Under the pieces are notes generated by a model. The model did not search any database, had not been told where the DNA came from, and worked only from the letters and a program-made list of their open reading frames with translations. A stretch of DNA of 64,000 nucleotides, taken from NCBI GenBank assembly GCA_046347635.1, contig JAXMFT010000008.1:158619-222618 (forward strand). The letters are read 5' to 3'. The position numbers and the translations under genes are program-made. Positions 46,968 through 56,629 of the stretch are shown here, piece after piece; position 1 is the first letter of the stretch; each line of letters starts with the position of its first letter. This stretch comes from Burkholderiales bacterium. Its GTDB lineage: Bacteria > Pseudomonadota > Gammaproteobacteria > Burkholderiales > SG8-39.

Positions 46968-47526
46968 GGGGCGCCGCGCCGCGCCCCGGCCCGACGAGGC
47001 GGCGCGCTACGCCGCCTATCCGGTGCAGCAGCTGATGCGCAGCCGCAGGCACGCGTTCCAGCTCGCGTTCGCGCACGAGGCGATGGCGCTGCTCGGCGAG
47101 CCGGCGGGCGACCTGGTGTACGAGCCGTCCTACCGGGGCCTGCGGGTGCTGGGGCTGAACGAGGCTTCCCTCCACGGCCCGGCCGCGGCGGTGCGCGCGC
47201 GCTACGGCCCCGCGGTCGAGATCGAGGCGCCGCGGGTGCGCTACCAGTTCGGCCCGGTCGTCGCAGAGCCGGTGCTGTCGGTGGTGGTCCGCGGGCCGCG
47301 GCAGTTCGCCCTGCGCGTGCGGGACGACCTCATCCGGCGCGGCGCGGAAACCGTGACCGTGACCTACAACCCGGCGGGGTTCATCGCCCGCGCGCAGGTC
47401 GCCCAGGCGGAGCTGCTCGGCTACCCCGGGTGGCTCGACGACCTCACTGGCGGGCGCGGGAAACTGCTGGCCTGGCTCAGTCACTACGCGCCGCTCGATC
47501 CGGGACCGGGACCCGAGGCGGCGTGA
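46942..47526 (+). CDS. Stand-alone EF-G C-terminal (domain V, possibly IV+V)-like protein
   Basis: ATG 46942 after GGGAGGG, overlapping the previous gene by 26 nt, 194 aa. EPVLSVVVRGPRQFALRVRDDLIRRGAETV…ARAQVAQAELLGYPGWLDDLTGGRGKLLAWLSHYAP follows the EFG_C pattern. No GTPase domain. Confidence 0.6.
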   Translation: MTKLSLLPEGRRAAPRPDEAARYAAYPVQQLMRSRRHAFQLAFAHEAMALLGEPAGDLVYEPSYRGLRVLGLNEASLHGPAAAVRARYGPAVEIEAPRVRYQFGPVVAEPVLSVVVRGPRQFALRVRDDLIRRGAETVTVTYNPAGFIARAQVAQAELLGYPGWLDDLTGGRGKLLAWLSHYAPLDPGPGPEAA

Positions 47527-47581
47527 GCGGATGCCCGGCCCGGCGCGGCGCGCAACGCGACGGTGCGAGGAGAAACACAGG

Positions 47582-47788
47582 ATGAAATCGATCGAGCGGA
47601 TGCGGAACAGGCTCGGTCCCACCGGGCGAATGGGGTACGGCGTGGCCGGCGCGGCGCTGGTGGTGCTGCCCGCGCTCGTCGCGTACCGCGAGGGAATCGC
47701 GGGCCTGCGGCCCGAGGCGCTCGTCGCCGCCGTGTTCGGCGTCGTCTACCTCGCGGCCGCCGTCCTCGGCGGGCGGGCGGCCGCCTGA
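47582..47788 (+). CDS. Small membrane protein (possibly DUF2892/YgaP-like)
   Basis: ATG 47582 after GAGGAG, 68 aa, two hydrophobic helices. Confidence 0.35.
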   Translation: MKSIERMRNRLGPTGRMGYGVAGAALVVLPALVAYREGIAGLRPEALVAAVFGVVYLAAAVLGGRAAA

Positions 47789-47867
47789 CGGCGCCCGCCG
47801 GAGGCCAGGCTGCGGCTGCCGTCCGTCGCGCAGGGAACGGCGGGTGCGCGCCCGGCGGCGGCGCGGA

Positions 47868-49067
47868 TCACCCGGGCCTGCCGTCGAGCCGCGGGCGGGT
47901 CAGGATCGGCCAGTAGCGGACGAAGTAGAGCGCGAACGCGGCCGACCACAGCACGCCGGAGACCGCGATGCTCGCGAGGTACTCGCCCGGGGCGAGGAGC
48001 GGTCCGAACACCCTGACCGCTGCCGCGAGCAGCACGAGCGCATAGCAGGCCACCTCCGCGCGATCGGCCACGAGCGGGCGGGCGGAATGGCCGCGCGCGG
48101 TCCGGGTCATCATGCCGAGCGTGAGGGCGCCGATCGCGCCGACCGTCAATGCGTGGACGGCGAGCGCGTCCGCGACCCAGCCGAGCGCCGCCAGCGCGCG
48201 CAGCACGAGGTGGATGACGATCCAAGCGTAGGCGGCGTGGAGGATCCAGACGAGCGGCGTCGCGAGCGTCCGGCGCGAGTCCCACAGGGCGAGCCGGATG
48301 CCGTGCGCGACCGCGCAGACGAGCGCGACGAGCGCCAGCACCGGCGCGGGTGCCGCCAGGACGTCCGCGACCAGCAGCGCGAGGACGCTCCCGAGCGCGA
48401 TCCGCTCGACGAGCGCGCTGCGCCGCGCCTGCGCGCCCGGGACGCCGTTGTTGGTGAACATCGGGATCACCCGGCCGCCCATCACCGCCATCACGAACAG
48501 GATCACGTCCAGGCCCGCCTGCAGCCCCGGCCGCGCGGGGATGTCGAGCACGCCCAGCATGGACAGGTGGAACGCGAGGTCGGCGAGCGCCAGCACGACG
48601 AGCAGGCCGACGAAGAAGTAGTTGCGCCGGTTGCCGCTCTGCACGAGCGGGAGCGCGATCCCGACCGCCACCGCGAGCGGAAACGCGGCATTCACCAGCG
48701 CGGCGAGGAGCCCGTACGGCGTCACGACCAGCAGCCGGCCGGCGAGCCACAGCGCGCACGCGGCCATCAGCCAGCCCCCGGTCGGGGTCGGGCGGCCGGT
48801 CCAGTTCCTGACCGCGGTGAAGAGGAAGCCCGTGATGACCGCGACGGCGTAGCCGTAGATCATCTCGTGGCCGTGCCACGCCGGTCCGCGCAGATACGCG
48901 CCGGGCAGCACCCCGGCGTACTGCGCGACCCAGAGCGCGATCGAAAGCGCGGCGAACCCGCTCGCGAGCAGGTAGAACGGCCGGAAGCCGAGCTCCCAGA
49001 GCGCGAGGCGCGTCGCGGGGGCGCGCTCGCGCCCGCCGGACCTCGCGGCGTGGACTGCCTTGGGCAA
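47868..49067 (-). CDS. nnrS: NnrS-family heme-copper membrane protein (NO-stress associated)
   Basis: 399 aa. …LWELGFRPFYLLASGFAALSIALW…WHGHEMIYGY…, 12 TM helices, typical NnrS. Confidence 0.85.
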   Translation of the reverse strand: MPKAVHAARSGGRERAPATRLALWELGFRPFYLLASGFAALSIALWVAQYAGVLPGAYLRGPAWHGHEMIYGYAVAVITGFLFTAVRNWTGRPTPTGGWLMAACALWLAGRLLVVTPYGLLAALVNAAFPLAVAVGIALPLVQSGNRRNYFFVGLLVVLALADLAFHLSMLGVLDIPARPGLQAGLDVILFVMAVMGGRVIPMFTNNGVPGAQARRSALVERIALGSVLALLVADVLAAPAPVLALVALVCAVAHGIRLALWDSRRTLATPLVWILHAAYAWIVIHLVLRALAALGWVADALAVHALTVGAIGALTLGMMTRTARGHSARPLVADRAEVACYALVLLAAAVRVFGPLLAPGEYLASIAVSGVLWSAAFALYFVRYWPILTRPRLDGRPG

Positions 49068-49176
49068 TGCGATCTCCTCGATGCTGGGCGCGCGCGGCCG
49101 GAACGCGCTATTTTGACGGAATGCGAGTCCGCGCGCCCGTCAGCGCCCCGATCATCTCGTCCGGGCAGGCCATCCG

Positions 49177-50408
49177 ATGAAGCTGAACGACCTGGAGCGC
49201 GCGATGCAGGCCGGCGAGCTCGGTCCTGCGGTGAAGGCCGCCATCGGCCATCAGGTGCAGGTGGGCGAGTTCTTCGCCGCCGCCGATTTCGTGCCGGTGA
49301 CGCAGGCCCACGTCATGGCCGACACCGAGAGCCTCGGCGTCGCGGGCGTGCAGTGGATCGAGTCGCTCGGGCGGGACGACCCGCGGGCGCGCGTGCGCGT
49401 CCCGACCATCATGGATCCGCGCGGCACCGATTTCGCGAAGGCCTCCGTGCTCAAGCACCCGGGCTGGATCCTCGACCTCGAGCGGCGCGCGATCGCGGCA
49501 TTCCGGCGCCTGGGCATCATGATGACCGACACCTGCATCAACTACCAGACCATCCAGGCGCCGGCGCGCGGCGAGAGCGTCGCCTTCGGCGACACCGGCG
49601 TCGTGATCTACTGCAACTCGGTGTGCGGCGCGCGCTCGAACTTCGAGGGCGGGCCCTCGGCGCTCGCCGCCGGCCTGACCGGCCGCACGCCCCGCTACGG
49701 CTTCCACCTCGACGCGCAGCGGCGCGCGACGCTGCGCTTGCGCGCCGACTGGACGCCGGTCACGCTCAACGACTGGGGCGCGCTCGGCGGCCTCATCGGC
49801 CGGCTCGCCGGGCACTACTGGGCGGTGCCGGTCGTCGAGGGGCTCGACCGCGTGCCGGGATCGGACGAGCTCAAGCACTTCGGCGCCGCGATGGCGAGCT
49901 TCGGCTCGAGCGCGATGTTCCACCTGGTCGGCGTCACGCCCGAAGCGGCGCGCCTCGCGGACACCGGCGGCGACGCGCTCCCGGTCGCGCACCGGATCGG
50001 GGAGCGCGAAGTGAGGGCGCTGCAGGCGCAGTACGCGGGCGAGAAGGAGATCGACGTGGTCGTCTTCTCGGCGCCGCAGCTCAGCCTGTACGAGCTGCGC
50101 GACCTCGCCGCGCTGTGCGACGGGCGCCGCTTCGTCAAGCCGCTGCTCGCAGTCACGAGCCCGCAGGTGAAGCCGGATGCCGACCGCTTCGGCTTCACGC
50201 AGCGCATCGAGGACGCCGGGGGGCACGTGCTCGCCGGCATGTGCTTCTACCAGTCCTACGCGCGCGAGATCGCCGAGGCGAACGGCTGGAAGCGCCTCGC
50301 GACGAACAGCACGAAGATGGTGAACATCCTCGGCGGCTACGGTACGTGCCGCTTCTCGCGACCATGGAGCAATGCGTGGAAGCGGCGGCGACCGGGAGGC
50401 TGCCGTGA
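49177..50408 (+). pseudogene. Aconitase X catalytic (DUF521) large subunit, apparent -1 frameshift ~50342 near the 3' end
   Basis: 388 codons in one frame (MKLNDLERAMQAGELGPAVK…TKMVNILGGYG). The expected tail YVPLLATMEQCVEAAATGRLP plus stop 50408 is in the next frame. In the original frame the ORF runs on into the next gene. Confidence 0.75.
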
Positions 50409-50809
50409 AGACGCTCGTCGCCCGCCAGGCGATGGGGCGTGCGGTGCGCGGCGAGGCGCTCGTCGCGCGGGACGGGTTCTCCGCGCGCTACGACCTCGAC
50501 CGCATCGCCGGCACGTTCTCGCGTCCGGCGCACAAGCTCGCGGGGCAGTCCTACGTCGGCAGGATCCTCGTGCTCGACACGGCGAAGGGCGGCGTGGCGA
50601 GCGCGTGGATGCTGCGCGAGATGGCCGCGCGCGGGATCGTGCCGCTCGCGCTCGTCTTCAACAGCGTGAACCCGATCATCGCGCAGGGCGCGGCGTTCGG
50701 CGACATTACGCTGCTCGCCGGTTTCGAGTGCGACGTGACCGGCGCGGTCCCGCACGGCGCGACCGTGGCGCTCGATCCGGCCGCGCGCGCGCTCCGCGTC
50801 CTGGCGTGA
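50405..50809 (+). CDS. Aconitase X swivel-domain (DUF126) small subunit
   Basis: GTG 50405 overlaps the corrected large-subunit stop (GTGA), 134 aa. …GRAVRGEALVARDGFSARYDLD…GRILVLDTAKGGVASAWMLREMAARGIVPLALVF…. Confidence 0.7.
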   Translation: MKTLVARQAMGRAVRGEALVARDGFSARYDLDRIAGTFSRPAHKLAGQSYVGRILVLDTAKGGVASAWMLREMAARGIVPLALVFNSVNPIIAQGAAFGDITLLAGFECDVTGAVPHGATVALDPAARALRVLA

Positions 50810-50915
50810 AGCAGCGGCTTCCCGCCGCGGGGCCGGCGCGGTAGGTGACGCGCGCCTGGGGCCCGCGCGCGCGGACGCGCCCGATCGCCCGGGACGAGCC
50901 GGGCGTGGCGGTCGG

Positions 50916-51668
50916 CTACTCCGGCTTGCGGAACTTCAGCACGAACTCGTCCACCGGCGTCGGCGCCCGGAACACGGCTACGTCGCGCGCGTCCTCCGGG
51001 CGGCGCAGGAACTCGCCGCGCGCGACGAGCCGGAAGCCGGCAGCCTCGATCTCCCTGACCACCGACGCCTCCTCGATGCGGTGGAGGCTCTTCGTGACGC
51101 CGACGCCGTCGCCGGGGCGGGCCGAGTGGTCCGCGACGACGAGCACGCCGCCGCGCTTCAGCAGCTCGTACAGCCGGCCGGTTCATGCGCGCGCGGTCGA
51201 CGCCGGCGTGAACGGTGTCGTGATAGGCGAAGAAGAACGTGATCGCGTCGAGGTTCCCGACGCCGGGCGGAGCGGATCGTCGAACGGCCGCAGCACGCGC
51301 TCGACGTTGCGCATCGCCGGACCGCGCGCGCGCGCGTCGTACGCCTCCGCCGCGCGCGGAAAGAGCGGGGGCTGGTCCTGGGCGTACACCTTGCCCTGCG
51401 GTCCGACCGCGCGCGCGAGCATCTCGGCGGTGTATCCGCCCCCCGCGCCCATCTCCAGGACGCGCATCCCGGGGCCGATGCCGGTGAACGCGAACAGCTT
51501 GACCGGATCGCGCCGCTCGTCGGTCTTGCGGTCCGCGCCGCTGCGGTCGGGGGCGGCGACGATCGCCGCATAGTCGGCCGGCCCGGGGCCGGACGTGCCG
51601 GCGCAGCCGGCCAGCACGCCGAGCGCGAGCAGCGCGCGCGCGACGGGCGACGGAAAGCGAAAGGGCAT
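50916..51668 (-). pseudogene. Lipoprotein class I SAM-dependent methyltransferase, compensated frameshift pair (~51271 and ~51177) that creates a stop in the main frame
   Basis: ATG 51668, lipobox LLALGVLAGC, SAM motif VLEMGAGGGY. Between the two indels DAITFFFAYHDTVHAGVDRARMN is in another frame. The C-terminal part LYELLKRGGVLVVADHSARPGDG… returns to the original frame. Confidence 0.7.
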
Positions 51669-51815
51669 GGGCGGGGCTCCAGAGCGGTCCTGTGGCGCCG
51701 GCGCGCGCGCCGGCGAGCGCGAAGATACCAAGCGCGGGCCGGGATGCAAACTGCGCGCCCCGCCGCGCCCGCGGAGTGAATCGCGGGTACGATCGCGCGC
51801 GAAAGGAGCCACCCC

Positions 51816-52634
51816 TTGCCCGAGCGATCGCGCCCCACCTCCAAGGCCTACCGGAACCGCGGCTTCCTGGACAGCAAGGAGGCGCGCGCGCTGCGCATCC
51901 TCGCCGAGTATCTCGAGCCGAAGGCGCGCTTCGAGCGCCAGCGCGTCGACGACACGATCGTCTTCATGGGCTCGGCGCGCACCCCGTCCCGCGAGCAGGC
52001 CGAGGCCGCGCTGCGCCGCGCCGAGGGCGGGGAAGGCGACCTGGAGCAGGCGCGCACCGGCCTGCGCATGTCGGCCTACTACGAGGCCGCGCGGACGCTG
52101 GCGTTCCGGCTGACGCAGTGGTCGAAGGAGCTCGTTCCGCAGGGGGAGCGCCGCTTCGTGGTGTGCACCGGCGGCGGCCCGGGAATCATGGAGGCCGCCA
52201 ACCGCGGGGCGGCCGAGGCGCGCGGCATGAACGTCGGCCTCACGATCTCGATCCCGGTGGAGGAGTTCGACAACCGGTACGTGACGCGCGAGCTCGCGTT
52301 CCACTTCCACTACTTCTTCATGCGCAAGTTCTGGTTCGCGTACCTCGCGAAGGCGGTGGTGGTCTTCCCGGGCGGCTTCGGGACGCTCGACGAGCTCTTC
52401 GAGCTGCTCACGCTGGTGCAGACCCGCAAGATGCGCAAGGCGATGCCGATCGTGCTGTTCGGGACGGCGTATTGGCGCGAGGTGGTGGACTTCGACGCGC
52501 TGGTGCGCCACGGCACGATCTCGCCCGCGGACGTCAACCTCGTCTACCGCACCGACTCGGTGGACGAGGCCTACGACTGGATCGTGCGCCAGCTCGCCGA
52601 GCACGCGCTCGGGCTGCCCGGCCCGATGCTCTGA
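51816..52634 (+). CDS. LOG-family (TIGR00730) nucleotide phosphoribohydrolase
   Basis: TTG 51816 after AGGAG, 272 aa. Motifs GGGPGIMEA and PGGFGTLDEL. Confidence 0.85.
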   Translation: MPERSRPTSKAYRNRGFLDSKEARALRILAEYLEPKARFERQRVDDTIVFMGSARTPSREQAEAALRRAEGGEGDLEQARTGLRMSAYYEAARTLAFRLTQWSKELVPQGERRFVVCTGGGPGIMEAANRGAAEARGMNVGLTISIPVEEFDNRYVTRELAFHFHYFFMRKFWFAYLAKAVVVFPGGFGTLDELFELLTLVQTRKMRKAMPIVLFGTAYWREVVDFDALVRHGTISPADVNLVYRTDSVDEAYDWIVRQLAEHALGLPGPML

Positions 52635-52637
52635 CCG

Positions 52638-52668
52638 GCCGCGGCGCGCACCGGCGCGCGGCCCGTTT
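52638..52668 (+). terminator. Imperfect GC hairpin followed by TTT (weak intrinsic terminator candidate)
   Basis: …GCCGCGGCGCGCaccGGCGCGCGGCccgTTTg directly after the LOG-gene stop. The stem contains bulges. Confidence 0.25.
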
Positions 52669-52771
52669 GCGCGACAATCCCCGCGCGGCCGCGGCCGCCC
52701 GCCGATTGAATTCGGCGCGATCGGCCGCATCTTCAAGCGTGCCGCCCGCGGCATCGACCAGGAGCCACACA

Positions 52772-53626
52772 ATGACCACGCGCACCGTCCGGGAAATCGT
52801 CGAGTCGGTCCCCACGTCCGATGGCGCCGGGGTGAGGCTGCGCCGCAGCCTCGGCCGGTCCGATCGGGCGCGCCTCGATCCGTTCCTGATGCTGGACGAG
52901 TTCTCGTCCGAGAATCCCGACGACTACGTGGCCGGCTTTCCGGCGCACCCGCACCGCGGTTTCGAGACCGTCACCTACATGCTCGACGGCCACATGCAGC
53001 ACCAGGACCACCTCGGCCACACCGGGGAGCTGCGCGCGGGCGGGGTGCAGTGGATGACCGCGGGCCGCGGCATCATCCACTCGGAGATGCCGCAGCAGGA
53101 ACGCGGGCGCATGCGCGGTTTCCAGCTCTGGATCAACCTGCCGGCGCGCGAGAAGATGAAGCCGGCCGCCTACCGAGACATCCAGCCCGCCGACATCCCG
53201 GTGGTCGCGCTCGCCGGCGGCGGGCAGGTCAAGGTCATCGCCGGGACGTTCGAGCACGAGGGTCGGTCCACGCCCGGGCCGATCGGCGGGCTCTCGACCG
53301 AGCCGCGCTATTTCGACGTCGAGCTGCCCGCGGGCGCGACGTTCGCGCAGGCGATTCCCGCCGACCACAACGCGTTCGTCTATGCGTTCGAGGGCAGCCT
53401 CGCGGTCGGCGGCCGGACGCTGCCGGCGCAGAGCGCCGCGTTCCTGTCCGCAGGCGACCGGGTCGAGGCGGCCGCGGGGCCGCAGGGCGCGCGCTTCATC
53501 CTCCTCGCCGGCCGGCCGATCGGCGAGCCGGTGGTGCAGTACGGGCCGTTCGTCATGAACACGCGCGCGGAGATCGAGCAGGCGATCCGCGACTATCAGC
53601 GCGGGGTGCTGACCCAGGCGGCGTGA
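52772..53626 (+). CDS. Pirin-family bicupin protein
   Basis: ATG 52772, 284 aa. Metal motif FPAHPHRGFETVTYML and …GGVQWMTAGRGIIHSE…. Confidence 0.9.
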   Translation: MTTRTVREIVESVPTSDGAGVRLRRSLGRSDRARLDPFLMLDEFSSENPDDYVAGFPAHPHRGFETVTYMLDGHMQHQDHLGHTGELRAGGVQWMTAGRGIIHSEMPQQERGRMRGFQLWINLPAREKMKPAAYRDIQPADIPVVALAGGGQVKVIAGTFEHEGRSTPGPIGGLSTEPRYFDVELPAGATFAQAIPADHNAFVYAFEGSLAVGGRTLPAQSAAFLSAGDRVEAAAGPQGARFILLAGRPIGEPVVQYGPFVMNTRAEIEQAIRDYQRGVLTQAA

Positions 53627-53787
53627 GCGGGCGCCCGCCCGGCACCGGTCCGTGGCGTTCGTCGCGCCGCGCGGCACGCGCGGGGGCGCCCCGGCCGCCC
53701 GCGCGCCCGCGGCGAGGGAAGAGTTGCTTTCACGGGCCGCTGCGGCCCCCTATCATCCCGTCGCACCGAGACCCAGTTCACGTGGCG

Positions 53788-54294
53788 ATGGCCGAACCGA
53801 AGCAGCCGGACGACCCCGCGGCGGGCGAGAGCGGCCCCCTCGACCTGGACGCGTTCGCGGTCTTCGACCCGGAAGCGGGCGAGGCCGCGCTGCGCAAGCG
53901 CCTGAACGTGCAGCTCGACGAGCAGGCGGAGGAGGCGCTCGAGTTCCCCCCGCTCATGGGTGACCAGACCCTCACGCGCGAGGTGAGCGCGCGCTGGAAG
54001 GCGCTGCGCGAGGCCGAGCGCCAGAAGGAGCGGCCCGACCCCTGGCCGATCGTGGAGCGCAACTTCCCGCGCATCGCCGCCTACATCCGCGAGCACTGGG
54101 GCAAGCGCGCGCTCGACGACTACTTCTCGAAGCTCGTGATCGACGAGCGCGGCGGCCGGCAGGGCTTCCCGATGGACGTGCTGTGGGCGATCATGGAGGT
54201 CGCCCGGCTGCACGCCGCGCAGTTCGGCCTCGCCCAGCCGATCCGCCCCTGGGAGGCGGACGTGAGCGAGACCAAGTGGTGGTACAAGCGCTAG
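53788..54294 (+). CDS. Hypothetical 168-aa protein
   Basis: ATG 53788, coding-like codon bias, acidic N-terminus. No family recognised. Confidence 0.5.
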   Translation: MAEPKQPDDPAAGESGPLDLDAFAVFDPEAGEAALRKRLNVQLDEQAEEALEFPPLMGDQTLTREVSARWKALREAERQKERPDPWPIVERNFPRIAAYIREHWGKRALDDYFSKLVIDERGGRQGFPMDVLWAIMEVARLHAAQFGLAQPIRPWEADVSETKWWYKR

Positions 54295-54306
54295 GGCGCC
54301 CGCGCC

Positions 54307-54777
54307 CTACGGCCTGATCTCGAACACGCCCTCGACCTCGACCGCGACTCCGAACGGGAGCGAGCCCATCCCCACCGCCGAGCGCGCGTGCCGGCCGGCG
54401 TCGCCGAACACCTTCACCACCAGGTCCGACACGCCGTTGACGACCTTGGGCTGATCGCCGAACTCCGGCACCGCGTTGACGAACCCGACGATCTTCACGC
54501 AGCGCACCACGCGGTCGAGGTCGCCGTTGCACGCGGCCTTGAGCCGCGCGAGCATGTTCAGGCCGGCGAGCTCGGCCGCCTTCTGCCCTTCCTCGACCGC
54601 GAACTCGCGCCCGAGCTTGCCGATGAACTTCCGCACGCCGTTCTCCTGCGGCACCTGGCCGGACAGGAACGCGAGGTTCCCGGTGACCACGAAGCCGACG
54701 TAGTTGCCGGCGGGCTCGCCCGGCGCGGGAAGGGTGATGCCGAGCTCCTTCATGCGTGCGTCGATCTTGCCGCTCAT
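54307..54777 (-). CDS. RidA/YjgF-family protein
   Basis: 156 aa. …GNLAFLSGQVP… and …ARSAVGMGSLPFGVAVEVEGVFEI… are typical of the RidA family. Confidence 0.85.
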   Translation of the reverse strand: MSGKIDARMKELGITLPAPGEPAGNYVGFVVTGNLAFLSGQVPQENGVRKFIGKLGREFAVEEGQKAAELAGLNMLARLKAACNGDLDRVVRCVKIVGFVNAVPEFGDQPKVVNGVSDLVVKVFGDAGRHARSAVGMGSLPFGVAVEVEGVFEIRP

Positions 54778-54807
54778 TGCCGTCTCCTCTGTTGAACAAT
54801 CAGCCGG

Positions 54808-56508
54808 TCACGCCACCCATTCGCTCACCGGCGCGGCCGCCTCGTGCAACGGCTGCGCGATCACGTCGACGAGCGTCGGGCCGCCGTGGGCGAGCGCCTC
54901 GGCGAGCGCCGCGCGCAGCTGCGCCGGGTCGCTCACGCTCCACGAGCGCAGCCCGTACGCGGCCGCGACGCGCGCGTGGTCGGTGCGCTCGAAGTCGACC
55001 GAGAAGTAGCGCCGGTCGAAGCCGGCGCGCTGGCCGGCCTTGATCCACCCGTAGGTCGCGTTCGAGACCACCACGAACGTGATCGGCAGCTTGTGCCGCA
55101 GCACGGTCTCGAACTCCCCGACGGTGAACCCGAAGCTGCCGTCGCCCATCACCGCGACGCACTTCGCGCCCGGGCGGCCGAACTGCGCGCCGACGGCGGC
55201 CGAAAGCGCGTAGCCGAGCGCGCCGTGCGCGCGGTTCGAGATGAACCTGCGCCCGGGTGCGGCCTGCGTGAAGTACGCGGAGAAGTAGGGGCAGGGCGTC
55301 CCGGGATCGGCGACCAGGATCGCGTCCGGCGGGCAGACCGCCTGCAGGTCGGCCACCAGGCGCTCCGGCTTGATCGGCGCGTCGGGCGACTCCGCCAGCC
55401 GCCGGAACGCGGCGAACTTCTCCTCTTTCGCGCTCGCGACCGCGCGCTCCACGGCGGTGCGGCGTCCAGGGCGGGCGCCGATCCCGGCGAGCTCGGCGTC
55501 GAGCGCCTCGAGCGCGAGCCGCGCGTCGCCGACCACCGCGGCGTCGGTCGGGTAGTTCACGCCGATCACCGCGGGGTCGACGTCGATGTGGCCGATCCGC
55601 GCGCCGCCCGGCGCGGGGAAGCGGCGGCGCTCGGTCGTCACCGAGCCCGCCCGGCAGCCGACGAACACCACGAGATCCGCGTCCGCGACGATCGCGCGCG
55701 TTGGCGGCGTGCCGCCGTTCGTGCCGACTACGCCCACTGCGAGCGGATGCCCGTCGCCGATCGCGCCCTTGCCGCTGATCGTCGTGGCCACCGGCGCGCC
55801 GACGCGCTCGGCGATGCGCGCGAGCGCCGCCTCGGCCGCCGCGATGACGACGCCGCCGCCGCAGACGAGCAGCGGTCGCTCGGCCTGCGCGACGAGCCGC
55901 GCGAGCGCCGCCACCGCTGCCGGGTCGGGCGCTGCGCGGTGCGCGGGGTAGCGGGCGAACGTCTTGTCCGCCCACAGCTCGCCCGCGTCGACTGCGCCGA
56001 GCTGCACGTCGTAGGGCACGCCGACGTGCGCCGCCCCGGGCCGGCCGGTCGCCATCTGCGCGAACGCGGCGCGCACGACCCGCGGGAGGTCCTCGGCCCG
56101 GTCGAGCATCCGGTTCCACTTGGTGACGGGGCGGAAGAGCGCCTCCTGGTCGAGCTCGGTCAGGGTGTAGCGGCCGCGCGCGGACACCGCAACGTCGGTC
56201 GTCAGCGCGAGCACCGGGACCGACGACTCGTTCGCCTCGACGAGGCCGGGGAGGATGTAGGTCGCGCCGCCGCCGCTCGGCCCCTCGCACACGCCGACCT
56301 TGCCGGTCACGCGGGCGTAACCGTCCGCCATGTAGCCCGCCGAGCGCTCGTCGCGGCACAGGACGTGCCGGATGCCGTGGTCGAGCCGCGCGAGCGCGTC
56401 GTAGAAAGGCAGGCTCGTGTCGCCGCACAGGCCGAAGAGCACCTCGACCTCGTGCAGTGCGAGCATCCGGACGAGCGCTTCCGCGCCGCTGACGTGCTGT
56501 CCATCCAT
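54808..56508 (-). CDS. Thiamine pyrophosphate-dependent enzyme (acetolactate synthase-like large subunit family)
   Basis: ATG 56508, 566 aa. N-terminal Pyr domain (…GAEALVRMLALHEVEVLFGLCGD…) and TPP motif GDGSFGF…N. Confidence 0.85.
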   Translation of the reverse strand: MDGQHVSGAEALVRMLALHEVEVLFGLCGDTSLPFYDALARLDHGIRHVLCRDERSAGYMADGYARVTGKVGVCEGPSGGGATYILPGLVEANESSVPVLALTTDVAVSARGRYTLTELDQEALFRPVTKWNRMLDRAEDLPRVVRAAFAQMATGRPGAAHVGVPYDVQLGAVDAGELWADKTFARYPAHRAAPDPAAVAALARLVAQAERPLLVCGGGVVIAAAEAALARIAERVGAPVATTISGKGAIGDGHPLAVGVVGTNGGTPPTRAIVADADLVVFVGCRAGSVTTERRRFPAPGGARIGHIDVDPAVIGVNYPTDAAVVGDARLALEALDAELAGIGARPGRRTAVERAVASAKEEKFAAFRRLAESPDAPIKPERLVADLQAVCPPDAILVADPGTPCPYFSAYFTQAAPGRRFISNRAHGALGYALSAAVGAQFGRPGAKCVAVMGDGSFGFTVGEFETVLRHKLPITFVVVSNATYGWIKAGQRAGFDRRYFSVDFERTDHARVAAAYGLRSWSVSDPAQLRAALAEALAHGGPTLVDVIAQPLHEAAAPVSEWVA

Positions 56509-56629
56509 CGGAGCCGCGAGGATAACCGTGGCGCCGGGTTCCTGCGTCGCGGCCGGCGCCGCCCCCGCGCCCCGCACTGCTTGTAGACTGCGGCCTTTCG
56601 CGCCCGACCGCGCCGCCGGAGACTCCCGC

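Noticed and set aside
47844-50408. 854-aa ORF on the plus strand
   Set aside because: It is antisense to nnrS and out of frame through aconitase X. Only its last ~22 codons (YVPLLATMEQCVEAAATGRLP) are meaningful, as the frameshifted tail of the aconitase X large subunit.
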